Of a stretch of 64,000 bases of DNA, positions 8,165 to 18,216 are shown piece by piece; within the stretch, counting starts at the first letter, position 1; the number at the start of each line of letters is the position of its first letter. This DNA comes from Bacteroidales bacterium. Its GTDB lineage: Bacteria; Bacteroidota; Bacteroidia; Bacteroidales; F082. Location: assembly GCA_045606705.1 (NCBI GenBank), contig JAZUSL010000068.1, positions 68,751-132,750 of the forward strand, in the 5' to 3' direction. The position numbers and the translations under genes were made by a program. A model generated the notes under the pieces. The model made no database searches, was not told where the DNA came from, and was given only the letters and a program-made list of their open reading frames with translations.

Positions 8165-9070
8165 ATGATTGATTTTAAAGATATTACATTAGAAGATAAA
8201 GAGATAATTACGTCGTTCATTTTTCCTAACGACTGCTGTAATTGCGAGTTTTCATTCTCGAATCTCATCTCGTGGCGTTTTTTATACAATACCAAATACG
8301 CCGTCGTAGATGATTTCCTCATTCTTTTTTATCATAACCAGCAATATGGCGACATATATATGATGCCGATTGGCAAAGGCAACGCCGATTCTGTCGTCAA
8401 CAAACTGATTGACGATGCACATTCGAGAGGCAACGATTTCAAGATGTTTGCCGCTTGTCATTTCGTCGAAAACCAGATAAGCGATGATATGAAAGATAAA
8501 TTTATAATGGTACCGAATCGCGACAGCTTTGATTACGTCTATAACAGAGAAGATCTGGCGACATTGAAAGGTAACAAGTTCCAACAGAAACGTAATCACG
8601 TCAACCGTTTTAAGAAGACTTATCCTAACTGGGAATATAAGTCAGCGACGCCAGAACTGATAAGACTTTGTATCGAGAAAGAAAACGAATGGTACGAGAG
8701 CAACGATGATTATAAACATCAGGATATTGGCAACGAGCGACAAGCCTTGTTATTTGCCATGACTCATGCTGAGGAGATTGGTGTGAAAGGAGGAGTATTG
8801 TTCGTCGATGGCAATATCGTAGCGTTCACTTTCGGCTTCCCTATCAATCATAAGACGTTTGGAGTTCATTTTGAAAAAGCCGACATCAATTATACCGGAG
8901 CTTTTACCGTTATCAATCAGATGTTTGCGAGAGACATCCCTGCAGAATTTGAATATATAAATCGTGAAGAAGATTTGGGAATTGAAGGGTTGAGAAAAGC
9001 CAAGACATCATACAATCCTGCGTTTTTAATAACGAAAGGATTGATAACTTTACAAAACGAGAATATATAA
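8165..9070 (+). CDS. DUF2156 domain protein (MprF C-terminal-like)
   Basis: 301 aa. The N-terminus DITLEDKEIITSF...FSNLISWRFLY and the length fit DUF2156 as I remember it. Confidence 0.6.
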   Translation: MIDFKDITLEDKEIITSFIFPNDCCNCEFSFSNLISWRFLYNTKYAVVDDFLILFYHNQQYGDIYMMPIGKGNADSVVNKLIDDAHSRGNDFKMFAACHFVENQISDDMKDKFIMVPNRDSFDYVYNREDLATLKGNKFQQKRNHVNRFKKTYPNWEYKSATPELIRLCIEKENEWYESNDDYKHQDIGNERQALLFAMTHAEEIGVKGGVLFVDGNIVAFTFGFPINHKTFGVHFEKADINYTGAFTVINQMFARDIPAEFEYINREEDLGIEGLRKAKTSYNPAFLITKGLITLQNENI

Positions 9071-9103
9071 GTCATAAATCGTAGAATATATTTTGACAAT
9101 AAT

Positions 9104-11245
9104 ATGACAGAGATATTAGATTTTAGCAATCAGATTGCACAAGAGTTTTCGGTTACACATACCGTCGCTTCTAACGTGATTCGTCTTCTCAATGAAGGTT
9201 GTACAGTTCCATTCATAGCTCGTTATCGTAAGGAAATGACCAACACGATGAATGAAGAAGTCGTAGCTGCAATACAGAAACGTCTTTTACAACTCGACGA
9301 ACTTGAGAAAAGAAAAGAGGCTGTCTTGAAGTCTATCGCTGATCAGGAGAAACTCAATCCTGAACTCGAAGCGAGCATCAGAAACGCCAAGACCATACAA
9401 GATGTGGAAGACCTTTATCTCCCATATAAACCAAAACGTAAGACAAGAGCAGAGATAGCACGTCAGAAAGGATTGGAACCTTTAGCCAAAATCATAATGT
9501 CGCAAAACTCAGACGACGTTGAAGGTCTCGCACTGAAATATATCGACAAAGAAAAAGGTGTCGAAACGACAAAGGACGCTCTTAAAGGTGCCTGCGACAT
9601 CATGGCTGAATGGGTGTCGGAAAACATCAAAGGTCGTAATCTCATCCGTAAGATTTATCACAATGAAGGCATCATTTCATCTACCGTGGTAAAAGACAAG
9701 GAGAACGAAGCCAAGACATATCAACAATATTTCGATTGGAAAGAATCTATCGCCGATGCTCCTTCACACCGTATTTTGGCTATGTTCCGCGCCGAATCGG
9801 AAGGACTGTTGAAGGTGAAACTGAAAATCAACGATGAAGAAGCCTTAAAGACATTAGACAATATTTTCATTAAAGCCGATAATGCGTCAACCGACTTAGT
9901 ACAAGATGCCATCGACGATGCATGGAAACGTCTGCTGGAACCATCATTGGAAACAGAGATACGCGCCTTATATAAAGAGAAAGCTGATGAAGTGGCTGTT
10001 AAGGTATTCGCAGAGAATTTACGCCAACTTCTCTTAGCCGCTCCGGTAGGTCAAAAACGTACTCTTGCATTAGACCCTGGTTTCAGGACAGGTTGTAAAG
10101 TCGTTATCCTCAACGAATACGGAGCATTGCTGCATAACGAGACAATATTCCCTCATCCTCCACAAAACGAAATAAGACAAGCGACAAACAAAATACGTTC
10201 ACTCGTAAACGCATATAAGATCGAGGTGATTGCCATTGGTAACGGCACTGCAGGACGTGAAACGGAAGACTTCATCAGAGGTATAAAATTTGACCGCGAC
10301 GTTATAGCCGTCATGGTGAATGAAAGCGGCGCCTCAGTATATTCCGCCTCAAAAGTGGCGAGAGATGAATTTCCGGAATACGACATCACCGTGCGTGGCG
10401 CAGTAAGCATCGGTCGCAGGTTGATGGATCCTCTCGCAGAATTGGTCAAGATTGACCCTAAATCAATAGGCGTAGGTCAATATCAACATGATGTAAATCA
10501 GAAACTACTAAATGAAGAACTTGGTCATGTTGTTGAAAGCTGTGTCAATGCCGTCGGTGTTGAACTCAACTCAGCCAGCGAACAGCTGTTATCATACGTA
10601 AGCGGCGTCGGTCCGCAGATCGCAAGCAACATAGTGAAATATCGCAACGAAAACGGCGGCTTCAAGAACCGTAAGCAGTTGTTGAAAGTGCCACGTCTTG
10701 GCGAGAAAGCTTACGAACAATGTGCAGGTTTCTTGAGAATACACGGAGCGTCACAGCCATTAGATTCGAGTGCCGTACATCCAGAATGTTACCACATCGT
10801 AGAGAAAATGGCTAAAAAACTTAATGTTGAAGTCGCAGACCTTATAGGTAACAAAGAACTTATAACCAAAATAAATCCTAAAGAATTTATAGAAAATGAT
10901 TTCGGCATTGAAACAATCAACGACATTATCGCCGAACTTGAGAAACCAGGTCGCGACCCTCGTCAGACTTTCGAAGCGTTCGAATTCAGTAGAAACATTC
11001 GCACTATCAACGACTTGAAACCCGGAATGCAATTATTTGGCATCGTCACCAACATCACGGCATTCGGTTGTTTCGTCGATATCGGCGTTCATCAGGACGG
11101 TTTGGTACACATCAGTCAAATCACCGATCAATATATCAAAGATCCCAACGAAGTTGTGAAACTAAATCAGAAAGTTAACGTCAGAGTTACGGAAGTTGAT
11201 ATCGAAAGGAAAAGAATAAGTTTAAGCATGAAAAATATTAAGTAA
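9104..11245 (+). CDS. tex: Tex-like transcription accessory protein with S1 domain
   Basis: 713 aa with conserved VPFIARYRKE near the N-terminus and C-terminal S1 motif GIVTNITAFGCFVDIGVHQDGLVHISQ. Confidence 0.95.
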   Translation: MTEILDFSNQIAQEFSVTHTVASNVIRLLNEGCTVPFIARYRKEMTNTMNEEVVAAIQKRLLQLDELEKRKEAVLKSIADQEKLNPELEASIRNAKTIQDVEDLYLPYKPKRKTRAEIARQKGLEPLAKIIMSQNSDDVEGLALKYIDKEKGVETTKDALKGACDIMAEWVSENIKGRNLIRKIYHNEGIISSTVVKDKENEAKTYQQYFDWKESIADAPSHRILAMFRAESEGLLKVKLKINDEEALKTLDNIFIKADNASTDLVQDAIDDAWKRLLEPSLETEIRALYKEKADEVAVKVFAENLRQLLLAAPVGQKRTLALDPGFRTGCKVVILNEYGALLHNETIFPHPPQNEIRQATNKIRSLVNAYKIEVIAIGNGTAGRETEDFIRGIKFDRDVIAVMVNESGASVYSASKVARDEFPEYDITVRGAVSIGRRLMDPLAELVKIDPKSIGVGQYQHDVNQKLLNEELGHVVESCVNAVGVELNSASEQLLSYVSGVGPQIASNIVKYRNENGGFKNRKQLLKVPRLGEKAYEQCAGFLRIHGASQPLDSSAVHPECYHIVEKMAKKLNVEVADLIGNKELITKINPKEFIENDFGIETINDIIAELEKPGRDPRQTFEAFEFSRNIRTINDLKPGMQLFGIVTNITAFGCFVDIGVHQDGLVHISQITDQYIKDPNEVVKLNQKVNVRVTEVDIERKRISLSMKNIK

Positions 11246-11264
11246 AAGATATCGTTATAAAAGC

Positions 11265-12059
11265 ATGAGAAGATTTTGTATAATATTAATAATGTGCGTT
11301 TTTATTACTGCGTTAAGTAAAAATGCAGAAGCACAAATCGTTAAAGGTGAGGCTTTTTTAGGATTGAATTTATCACAGATTGACGGCGACCAAGCATACG
11401 GGTACAAACGACTTGGATTTCACGGCGGATTAGGAGCTATAGTTCCTGTATACAAACAGGGCAACTTCGATATTGAATTCGCATTGGAGGTCGCTCTCAA
11501 CCAAAGAGGTTCACATCAACGTCAACAATATAAAGACAATGGCGACGGCATTACTGGCGAATATGATGTCTATATGAATTATCTGGAAGTTCCTGTGTTA
11601 TTATATTTCTCCGACAAACAAATCGCTTCATTAGGTGTCGGAGCTTCTTACGGAAGATTAGTAGGATTGAAAGAATATGAACACGGCAACCTGACAGATG
11701 TAAATCTCACATATACAGGAGATGATAAATATAGTCTCAACGACTTCTGTTTTTTGGCTGATGCAAAAGTAAGATTATATGAACGATTAAAATTCGGTAT
11801 CCGTTTCCAATATTCATTACAAAGCATCAGAACAAGACAATTTTATCTCGTCAATGGCGAACCGGGTGATCTTCGCGACCAATATAATAATTGTATCACA
11901 GCACGTTTGATTTATGTCTTTAATGAAAATAGAAGTAACTATATTTATGATGAATATGTATTTCGTGGAGACAATCCAAAAATACATCAGAAGGCTATCG
12001 ATAAAAAATTAAAGAAGTTAAGAAAACAACAAGAAAGAGAGGCAAGAAAAAATAAATAA
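11265..12059 (+). CDS. outer-membrane beta-barrel protein (PorT/OMP_b-brl-like) with lysine-rich tail
   Basis: 264 aa with a signal peptide, alternating beta-strand pattern and aromatic-rich strands. Family assignment is approximate. Confidence 0.55.
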   Translation: MRRFCIILIMCVFITALSKNAEAQIVKGEAFLGLNLSQIDGDQAYGYKRLGFHGGLGAIVPVYKQGNFDIEFALEVALNQRGSHQRQQYKDNGDGITGEYDVYMNYLEVPVLLYFSDKQIASLGVGASYGRLVGLKEYEHGNLTDVNLTYTGDDKYSLNDFCFLADAKVRLYERLKFGIRFQYSLQSIRTRQFYLVNGEPGDLRDQYNNCITARLIYVFNENRSNYIYDEYVFRGDNPKIHQKAIDKKLKKLRKQQEREARKNK

Positions 12060-12074
12060 ATCTGAAAACTCTAT

Positions 12075-12136
12075 AATCTGAAAACCTGAGAAGTAAAGAC
12101 AAAAGTTTGTAGTCAACATTCTCAGATTTTCAGATT
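12075..12136. terminator. bidirectional hairpin built from inverted AATCTGAAAAYCTGAGAA words
   Basis: 12075-12092 pairs with 12119-12136 in 17 of 18 positions, with a 26-nt loop. It lies between convergent stops at 12059 and 12146. Confidence 0.5.
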
Positions 12137-12145
12137 CTCAGTTTC

Positions 12146-14284
12146 TCAGTTTCTAAACACAATCTCGTTTCCGTCATAGTCAACTATAATCGGTTTCTCT
12201 TTGTTGACTTTATCAGACAAAATCATCTTAGACAGTTCATTTATAAGTTCGCGTTGCATCATACGTTTCACTGGTCGTGCTCCATAACGTATGTCGAAAC
12301 TGGTATCAGCAATAAATCTCATTGCCTCCGATGTCATATCAATTTCGATGTTATTTTTCTTCAACATTTTTTTCAAAGAATTAAACTGCATAGCGACGAC
12401 ATTGATAATTTGTTCTTTCGACAATGGAGTAAACATGATGATGTCGTCAATACGGTTGAGAAATTCAGGTTTCATAAATTGACGTAATATCTCCATAACC
12501 TTGTTACGCATCTCATCAAAATCATGTTCATCGTTCCCCGTCATCATCTCCTGTATTGCCATCGCGCCAAGGTTAGAAGTCATGATGATGATAGTATTTC
12601 TAAAATCGACGAGGCGACCTTTATTATCTGTAAGACGTCCATCGTCAAGGATTTGTAGCAAGATATTATATACATCTTGATGAGCTTTTTCTATCTCATC
12701 AAGAAGCACTACGGAATAAGGTTTACGACGTACAGCTTCCGTTAACTGACCACTTTCGTCGTAACCCACGTAACCTGGAGGCGCTCCTATCAATCTGGAA
12801 ACGGAATGACGTTCCTGATATTCCGACATATCGATACGTACCATATTGTTTTCGTCATCGAAGAGAAATTCCGCCAATGCCTTTGCAAGTTCCGTCTTGC
12901 CTACACCAGTCGTTCCCAAGAATATGAACGAACCTATCGGTCGACGAGCGTCTTGAAGTCCCGCCCTGCTGCGACGAATTGCATCAGCAACAGCGACAAT
13001 AGCCTCATCTTGTCCAACAACGCGTTTATGTAATTCTTTTTCAAGATTCAGAAGTTTATCTCTTTCGCTTTGCAACATCTTGTTAACAGGAATGCCAGTC
13101 CAGCGTGAGACGATTTCCGCGATGTCTTCTGCATTGACCACCTCATCGATGAGCGGATTATCACCTTGTATTTTCTTCAGTTCTTCTTTAGCGGTTTCAA
13201 TGTTATTTTCCGAATTAGGAATCTTACCGTAGCGTAATTCCGCCACCAGACCATAATTGCCATCACGTTCTGCCACTTCAGCATCATAACGATATTTTTC
13301 GATATTTTTCTTCTCTTTCTGAATCTTCTCGATAAAGCTGCGTTCAGTTTCCCAACGTGATTTTATCTTGTCGCGTTCGGCGTTTAATTCTGCAATAACC
13401 TTTGTGAGTGTCTCTATTTTCTGTTTGTCGTTTTCACGTTTAATAGCTTCACGTTCAATCTCAAGCTGACGGATCTTGCGCTGTATGTTTTCCAATTCTT
13501 CAGGCAAGGAATTTATCTGCAATCTCAAACGTGATGCCGCCTCGTCAACAAGGTCTATCGCTTTATCAGGAAGGAAACGATTTGAGATATAGCGTATTGA
13601 AAGTTCTACTGCAGCAATTATAGCTTCGTCAAGGATTCTTACCTGATGATGGTTCTCGTATTTCTCCTTAAGACCTCTTAATATTGAAATCGCGGCATCT
13701 TCTGAAGGCTCGTCAACCATGACAATCTGAAAACGACGTTCCAACGCTTTGTCTTTCTCGAAATATTTCTGGTATTCGCTTAATGTCGTTGCGCCTACCG
13801 CTTGCAGTTCTCCACGTGCTAGAGCTGGTTTCAAGATATTGGCGGCGTCCATAGCTCCTGTAGAAGCTCCCGCACCAACCAATGTATGAATTTCATCAAT
13901 AAAAAGCACTATCTCGCCATTGCTGTCGACGACTTCTTTCACGACGTTTTTCAATCTTTCTTCAAACTCACCTTGATATTTGGCGCCGGCGATGAGAGCT
14001 CCCATATCCAACGAATATACTTTTCTTGATTTAAGGTTCTCCGGCACATCGCCGTGAACGATTCTCTGGGCGAGACCTTCTGCTATTGCCGTCTTTCCCA
14101 CACCAGGTTCTCCAATTAGGATAGGATTGTTTTTAGTTCTTCTAGATAAAATCTGTAACACTCTTCTGATCTCATCGTCACGACCAATAACAGGATCTAA
14201 TTTGCCATTTGACGCTAACTCGTTAAGATTGCGGGCATAACGATTCAGAGAGTCATAATTGTTTTGTGAATTAACTTGGTTCAT
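12146..14284 (-). CDS. clpB: ClpB-type AAA+ disaggregase lacking the N-terminal domain
   Basis: 712 aa with two Walker A boxes ([16 protein letters not shown]) and a coiled-coil middle domain. It starts at the position equivalent to the E. coli ClpB internal start (..[15 protein letters not shown]). Confidence 0.9.
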   Translation of the reverse strand: MNQVNSQNNYDSLNRYARNLNELASNGKLDPVIGRDDEIRRVLQILSRRTKNNPILIGEPGVGKTAIAEGLAQRIVHGDVPENLKSRKVYSLDMGALIAGAKYQGEFEERLKNVVKEVVDSNGEIVLFIDEIHTLVGAGASTGAMDAANILKPALARGELQAVGATTLSEYQKYFEKDKALERRFQIVMVDEPSEDAAISILRGLKEKYENHHQVRILDEAIIAAVELSIRYISNRFLPDKAIDLVDEAASRLRLQINSLPEELENIQRKIRQLEIEREAIKRENDKQKIETLTKVIAELNAERDKIKSRWETERSFIEKIQKEKKNIEKYRYDAEVAERDGNYGLVAELRYGKIPNSENNIETAKEELKKIQGDNPLIDEVVNAEDIAEIVSRWTGIPVNKMLQSERDKLLNLEKELHKRVVGQDEAIVAVADAIRRSRAGLQDARRPIGSFIFLGTTGVGKTELAKALAEFLFDDENNMVRIDMSEYQERHSVSRLIGAPPGYVGYDESGQLTEAVRRKPYSVVLLDEIEKAHQDVYNILLQILDDGRLTDNKGRLVDFRNTIIIMTSNLGAMAIQEMMTGNDEHDFDEMRNKVMEILRQFMKPEFLNRIDDIIMFTPLSKEQIINVVAMQFNSLKKMLKKNNIEIDMTSEAMRFIADTSFDIRYGARPVKRMMQRELINELSKMILSDKVNKEKPIIVDYDGNEIVFRN

Positions 14285-14318
14285 TGTATAATTTTTTTGT
14301 TGTTCTTCTTGATGTTAT

Positions 14319-14326
14319 CAAAATTA
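14319..14326 (-). promoter_or_regulatory. -7 box TAATTTTG for clpB
   Basis: The reverse complement of caaaatta is TAATTTTG, 35 nt upstream of the clpB ATG at 14284. Confidence 0.45.
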
Positions 14327-14479
14327 TTTCCAATTATAAAATCGTGACAAAATGACATTTTATAAGACAAAAGACTAATGACAAAAGTTAAATGTTAAGA
14401 AAGAAAATATGTTCAAAAAAAATATGACATTATACAATAAAAGAAGGAATGACACATTATATTATATATAGTTTTTTCT

Positions 14480-14487
14480 TATCTTTG
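14480..14487 (+). promoter_or_regulatory. -7 box TATCTTTG
   Basis: Exact TAnnTTTG match 28 nt upstream of the ATG at 14515. Confidence 0.5.
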
Positions 14488-14514
14488 CAAAACTCAAAAA
14501 GGTAACATCATCTA

Positions 14515-15774
14515 ATGAATAAGAATATAAGAAGCAGTTTCTATAGAACAATCATATTATTGATTTTCTTAGTTAATTTTTTTAACACAAAAGCGCAAAC
14601 CAATTGTGAAATCAGTATCACTGAAGGTGTAACATTACCAGTTTGTTATGGCGAATCAATCACTTTAAGTGTGAACAGCAATCCTAACTGTACTTATCAA
14701 TGGACTAAAAACGGTTCTGAATTACCAGGAGAGAATAGTTTCTATCTCACCATCGAGGTAAATCAAAATAACGACAAGTACGGTGTTAAAGTTACAAATA
14801 TCCAAACACATCAGGAATGTAACGACGAGATTACAATAACAATGATGAACCCTTTTGAAATTGAGTTCGAGCAGACTCAGTTGACATGTAGCAACAACAA
14901 TGCAGAGAACGGACAAAACGCAAAAGTCATTGCCACCGCAACAGGTGAAGGTTATAAATCATTTACATACGAATGGGGATGCGAGACAGGAGAAAACGTT
15001 TGGACAAATCCGGGCAATCCTCAAGAAGCAATAGGTTTGAAAGCTTGGAAAGAATATTTTGTTGAAGTAACTGGCGTGACGACAAGAGGTGAATCATGCA
15101 CACAAATAGCAACATTCACACCTATTGCGTATCCTAATCCTACAGTAAAAATAGTCTCTACACCTAGCGACACAGCATATCTGCAAAATCCTTATGTCAA
15201 GTTTGGTTTTGAAGCCAATATGGATTCTATAGAACATAACTCCTGGTCTTGGAAATTCTTCAACAACCCTGAGAATCCTAATCAGATTAGTGCCACCTCA
15301 ATAGAACAAAATCCGACTAATGTCTATTACCAAGAATCAAAGGAAGGAAGTCCTTACATAGTTGAATTGAATGTAAAATCTGCCGATTATGGTTGCGACA
15401 CAACATTCTCAACCAATATCATAGTTCTTCCTGTCAAATTAAAGATTCCAAACATCTTCACGCCAAACGGCGACGGCATCAACGATTATTTCATCATCGA
15501 CAACGATCCGACAGGCGGCGAGGAAGAAAATAACGAGAATACAAGGAGTTTTGAATACGACTCATATAATCCTTTAAGAGACTATTATTTAAGAACAGAA
15601 TTGACAATTTTTAACAGATGGGGAAGAATCGTATATCACTCATCAGATTATAACAACGACTGGGACGGAGGCAAATTGCCTGACGCAACATATTTCTATG
15701 TATTGGAATGTGTCGGACAATATAACAACCACCGTTATCAAGGCTCTGTAACAATTTTCGGCAGCGGAAGATAG
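14515..15774 (+). CDS. secreted protein with T9SS type-B (gliding motility-associated) C-terminal sorting domain
   Basis: 419 aa with a signal peptide. C-terminal IPNIFTPNGDGINDYF...FNRWGRIVYHSSDYNNDWDG...YFYVL. Confidence 0.8.
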   Translation: MNKNIRSSFYRTIILLIFLVNFFNTKAQTNCEISITEGVTLPVCYGESITLSVNSNPNCTYQWTKNGSELPGENSFYLTIEVNQNNDKYGVKVTNIQTHQECNDEITITMMNPFEIEFEQTQLTCSNNNAENGQNAKVIATATGEGYKSFTYEWGCETGENVWTNPGNPQEAIGLKAWKEYFVEVTGVTTRGESCTQIATFTPIAYPNPTVKIVSTPSDTAYLQNPYVKFGFEANMDSIEHNSWSWKFFNNPENPNQISATSIEQNPTNVYYQESKEGSPYIVELNVKSADYGCDTTFSTNIIVLPVKLKIPNIFTPNGDGINDYFIIDNDPTGGEEENNENTRSFEYDSYNPLRDYYLRTELTIFNRWGRIVYHSSDYNNDWDGGKLPDATYFYVLECVGQYNNHRYQGSVTIFGSGR

Positions 15775-15841
15775 TGCAATTGACAATTTATAGTTAAACA
15801 AATTATATAATAAAACGTTTAGAAAGAAACAACTAATTAAA

Positions 15842-16294
15842 ATGAAAAGAATATTTTTATCACTAGTGATAATATTCGCATTATTCTCATGCGATAGTAA
15901 AGACAACAAAATAAGTACTGATTTGGTTAACAATCCAGTTACAGCCGATGGCGTAAAAAAAGGAGCTGCAGCACCAGCAATACAATTTGACAAAACAGAA
16001 CACGATTTCGGCAAGATATTACAAGGCGAACAAGTCAGCTACACCTTTAAATTTAAAAACACAGGCAATGCTCCTCTCATAATCTCTAATGTAGAAACAA
16101 CATGCGGATGTACAACTCCGGAGTACACCAAGAATCCTATTAAACCAGGAGAAAGCGGAAAGATAACAGTATTATATGACAGCAAAGGGCATAAAGGCTT
16201 TCAAAACAAACGTCTCCTCGTAAAGGCAAATACAAATCCTTCAGAGACCATAATAAGAATTAAGGCACAAGTAGAAAATATCAACACTTTTTAA
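15842..16294 (+). CDS. DUF1573 domain lipoprotein
   Basis: 150 aa with lipobox LFSC and HDFGKILQGEQVSYTFKFKNTGNAPLIISNVETTCGCT. Confidence 0.85.
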   Translation: MKRIFLSLVIIFALFSCDSKDNKISTDLVNNPVTADGVKKGAAAPAIQFDKTEHDFGKILQGEQVSYTFKFKNTGNAPLIISNVETTCGCTTPEYTKNPIKPGESGKITVLYDSKGHKGFQNKRLLVKANTNPSETIIRIKAQVENINTF

Positions 16295-16304
16295 ATAAAT
16301 TATT

Positions 16305-16625
16305 ATGAACATTTTAAACATGTTTTTACTTCAAGCTCCAGCACAACAAGGTAGTTCATGGTCTGGACTTTTAATGATTGTTTTAATCTTTGTCATTTTC
16401 TGGTTATTCTTCATTCGTCCACAGAATAAGAGAGCTAAGGAACAACAAAAATTCCGTGAAAACTTACAAAAAGGTGATAAAGTTGTCACTATCGGTGGTA
16501 TTCACGGCAAGGTTGAAGAAGTTAGAGAAAACACCGTCATCGTAAACGTCGACCACAACACAAAGATTGAATTTGAAAAATCAGCAATCATTCCTAACGC
16601 AAGTCAAGTTGGTGGAGCAGCATAA
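16305..16625 (+). CDS. yajC: preprotein translocase subunit YajC
   Basis: 106 aa with a single TM, then RPQNKRAKEQQKF..LQKGDKVVTIGGIHGKV. Confidence 0.85.
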   Translation: MNILNMFLLQAPAQQGSSWSGLLMIVLIFVIFWLFFIRPQNKRAKEQQKFRENLQKGDKVVTIGGIHGKVEEVRENTVIVNVDHNTKIEFEKSAIIPNASQVGGAA

Positions 16626-16633
16626 ATAAAATT

Positions 16634-17593
16634 ATGGTAAGCAATAAAAAAGAATCACATTCGCTGCAACAATTCAGCAGTTTTTTGTTATTTGTAACAA
16701 TAGCCGCATTACTATGGTTAATAATCAAGTTATCAGCCAGTTATACCGTTACCGAACCGCTTACCATAAATTTTAAAGATGCACCTGCAAATTTAATCGT
16801 CACCAACGAAACACAAGAAATTAAAATCACTTTATCGTCGAGAGGTTTTGACTTATTGCATTATTACCTAAAGCCTTCATCCAGACGTAAAGTAGATATC
16901 TCATTAGAGGAGGTGCCTTTGCATAAAGACAGCGAAAGCACCTACTCTTTTGGAAGCAGTTACGTCAAAGACAAAATAGCAGAATTCTTTGCCATTGAAC
17001 CAGGAAAGATCTCTTTCGACGAAAATAGAATCTTGCTCAACATGGAACAGTTAGACTCAATCAGCGTTAAAGTTGTGGCCGACGTCAATCTCTCTTACGA
17101 GAAACAATATAACAGACATGGCAAGATTGAGATTACACCTGATCATGTAACCATCTATGGACCAAAAAACAAAATAGCTTCAATAGAAAACGTCTACACA
17201 GAAAACCTTTCCTTAAAAAATGTTAACTCCAACATTGATGTCAACGTTCCTCTTATTTTAGATGAAATGACCAATGCTGACATAGATGAAGTTAACATAA
17301 AAATAAATGTAGAAAAATATACCGAAGCCGTCACCAATGTCAAGGTTAATCATAATTACGACAAGCAATTAAGACTTTTCCCCGACAAGGTTAAAATAAA
17401 ATATATAGTCTATCTTTCCGACTACAACATCATTAATGAGAATTCTTTTAAGGTAAACATTGATACAGCTGACATTTCAACAGAAAACAGTTTCCTTCCA
17501 ATATATTTGGCAGATTATCCAAACAACACCAAAATCTTAAGCATCGAACCTAAAGAAGTCGAATATATCATCATCGACGAAAACGATAATTAA
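16634..17593 (+). CDS. YbbR-like (CdaR family) domain protein
   Basis: 319 aa with an N-terminal TM and repeated beta-rich modules. Position after yajC and before coaE is conserved in Bacteroidetes in my experience. Confidence 0.55.
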   Translation: MVSNKKESHSLQQFSSFLLFVTIAALLWLIIKLSASYTVTEPLTINFKDAPANLIVTNETQEIKITLSSRGFDLLHYYLKPSSRRKVDISLEEVPLHKDSESTYSFGSSYVKDKIAEFFAIEPGKISFDENRILLNMEQLDSISVKVVADVNLSYEKQYNRHGKIEITPDHVTIYGPKNKIASIENVYTENLSLKNVNSNIDVNVPLILDEMTNADIDEVNIKINVEKYTEAVTNVKVNHNYDKQLRLFPDKVKIKYIVYLSDYNIINENSFKVNIDTADISTENSFLPIYLADYPNNTKILSIEPKEVEYIIIDENDN

Positions 17594-17600
17594 TCACCCA

Positions 17601-17635
17601 ATCATGCATCATGCATTAACAATCATGCATTATAA
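17601..17635. repeat. heptamer tract ATCATGC ATCATGC ATTAACA ATCATGC ATTATAA
   Basis: Read directly; 7-nt period between the ybbR-like stop and the coaE ATG at 17635. Confidence 0.85.
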
Positions 17636-18216
17636 TGAAACGTATTGGAATAACAGGTAACATAGGCAGCGGCAAAAGTCTGGTATGTAAATTATTCAAT
17701 CAATTAGGCATCAACACTTTTTATTCCGACGAGGAAACCAAGAAATTGTATTTCCTTCCAGAGATAAAAGAACAGATACTGAATTATTTCAAAGATGAGA
17801 TATATTTCGAAGACGGCACTTTAAACAAGAAACTCCTCTCCTATCATCTTTTCAAAAACCCTAAAGCATTGCAATTCATAGAGGATACATTGTACCCTCA
17901 GTTAAACAAGACATTCGACGTATGGTGTGAGAAACAAAAATCAAATTACATCTTATTCGAATCAGCTATATTATTCGAGAAAAATTTCGACAGTCAATTT
18001 GATGACATCATATTCGTTTCTGCGCCAGAGGAAGTACGTCTTCAAAGAGCGATGCAACGTGACAAATGCGACGAGGAAAATGTACGCTCAAGAATGCGTC
18101 TTCAGTGGAATGAGGATATAAAAAAAGCGAAATCAGCATTCATTATCAATAACGATGGGAATGAAATGCTGATTCCGCAAGTATTAAAGATTCACAAGAA
18201 TCTTATTCAACTATAG
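17635..18216 (+). CDS. coaE: dephospho-CoA kinase
   Basis: 193 aa with P-loop GITGNIGSGKS. Confidence 0.9.
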   Translation: MKRIGITGNIGSGKSLVCKLFNQLGINTFYSDEETKKLYFLPEIKEQILNYFKDEIYFEDGTLNKKLLSYHLFKNPKALQFIEDTLYPQLNKTFDVWCEKQKSNYILFESAILFEKNFDSQFDDIIFVSAPEEVRLQRAMQRDKCDEENVRSRMRLQWNEDIKKAKSAFIINNDGNEMLIPQVLKIHKNLIQL

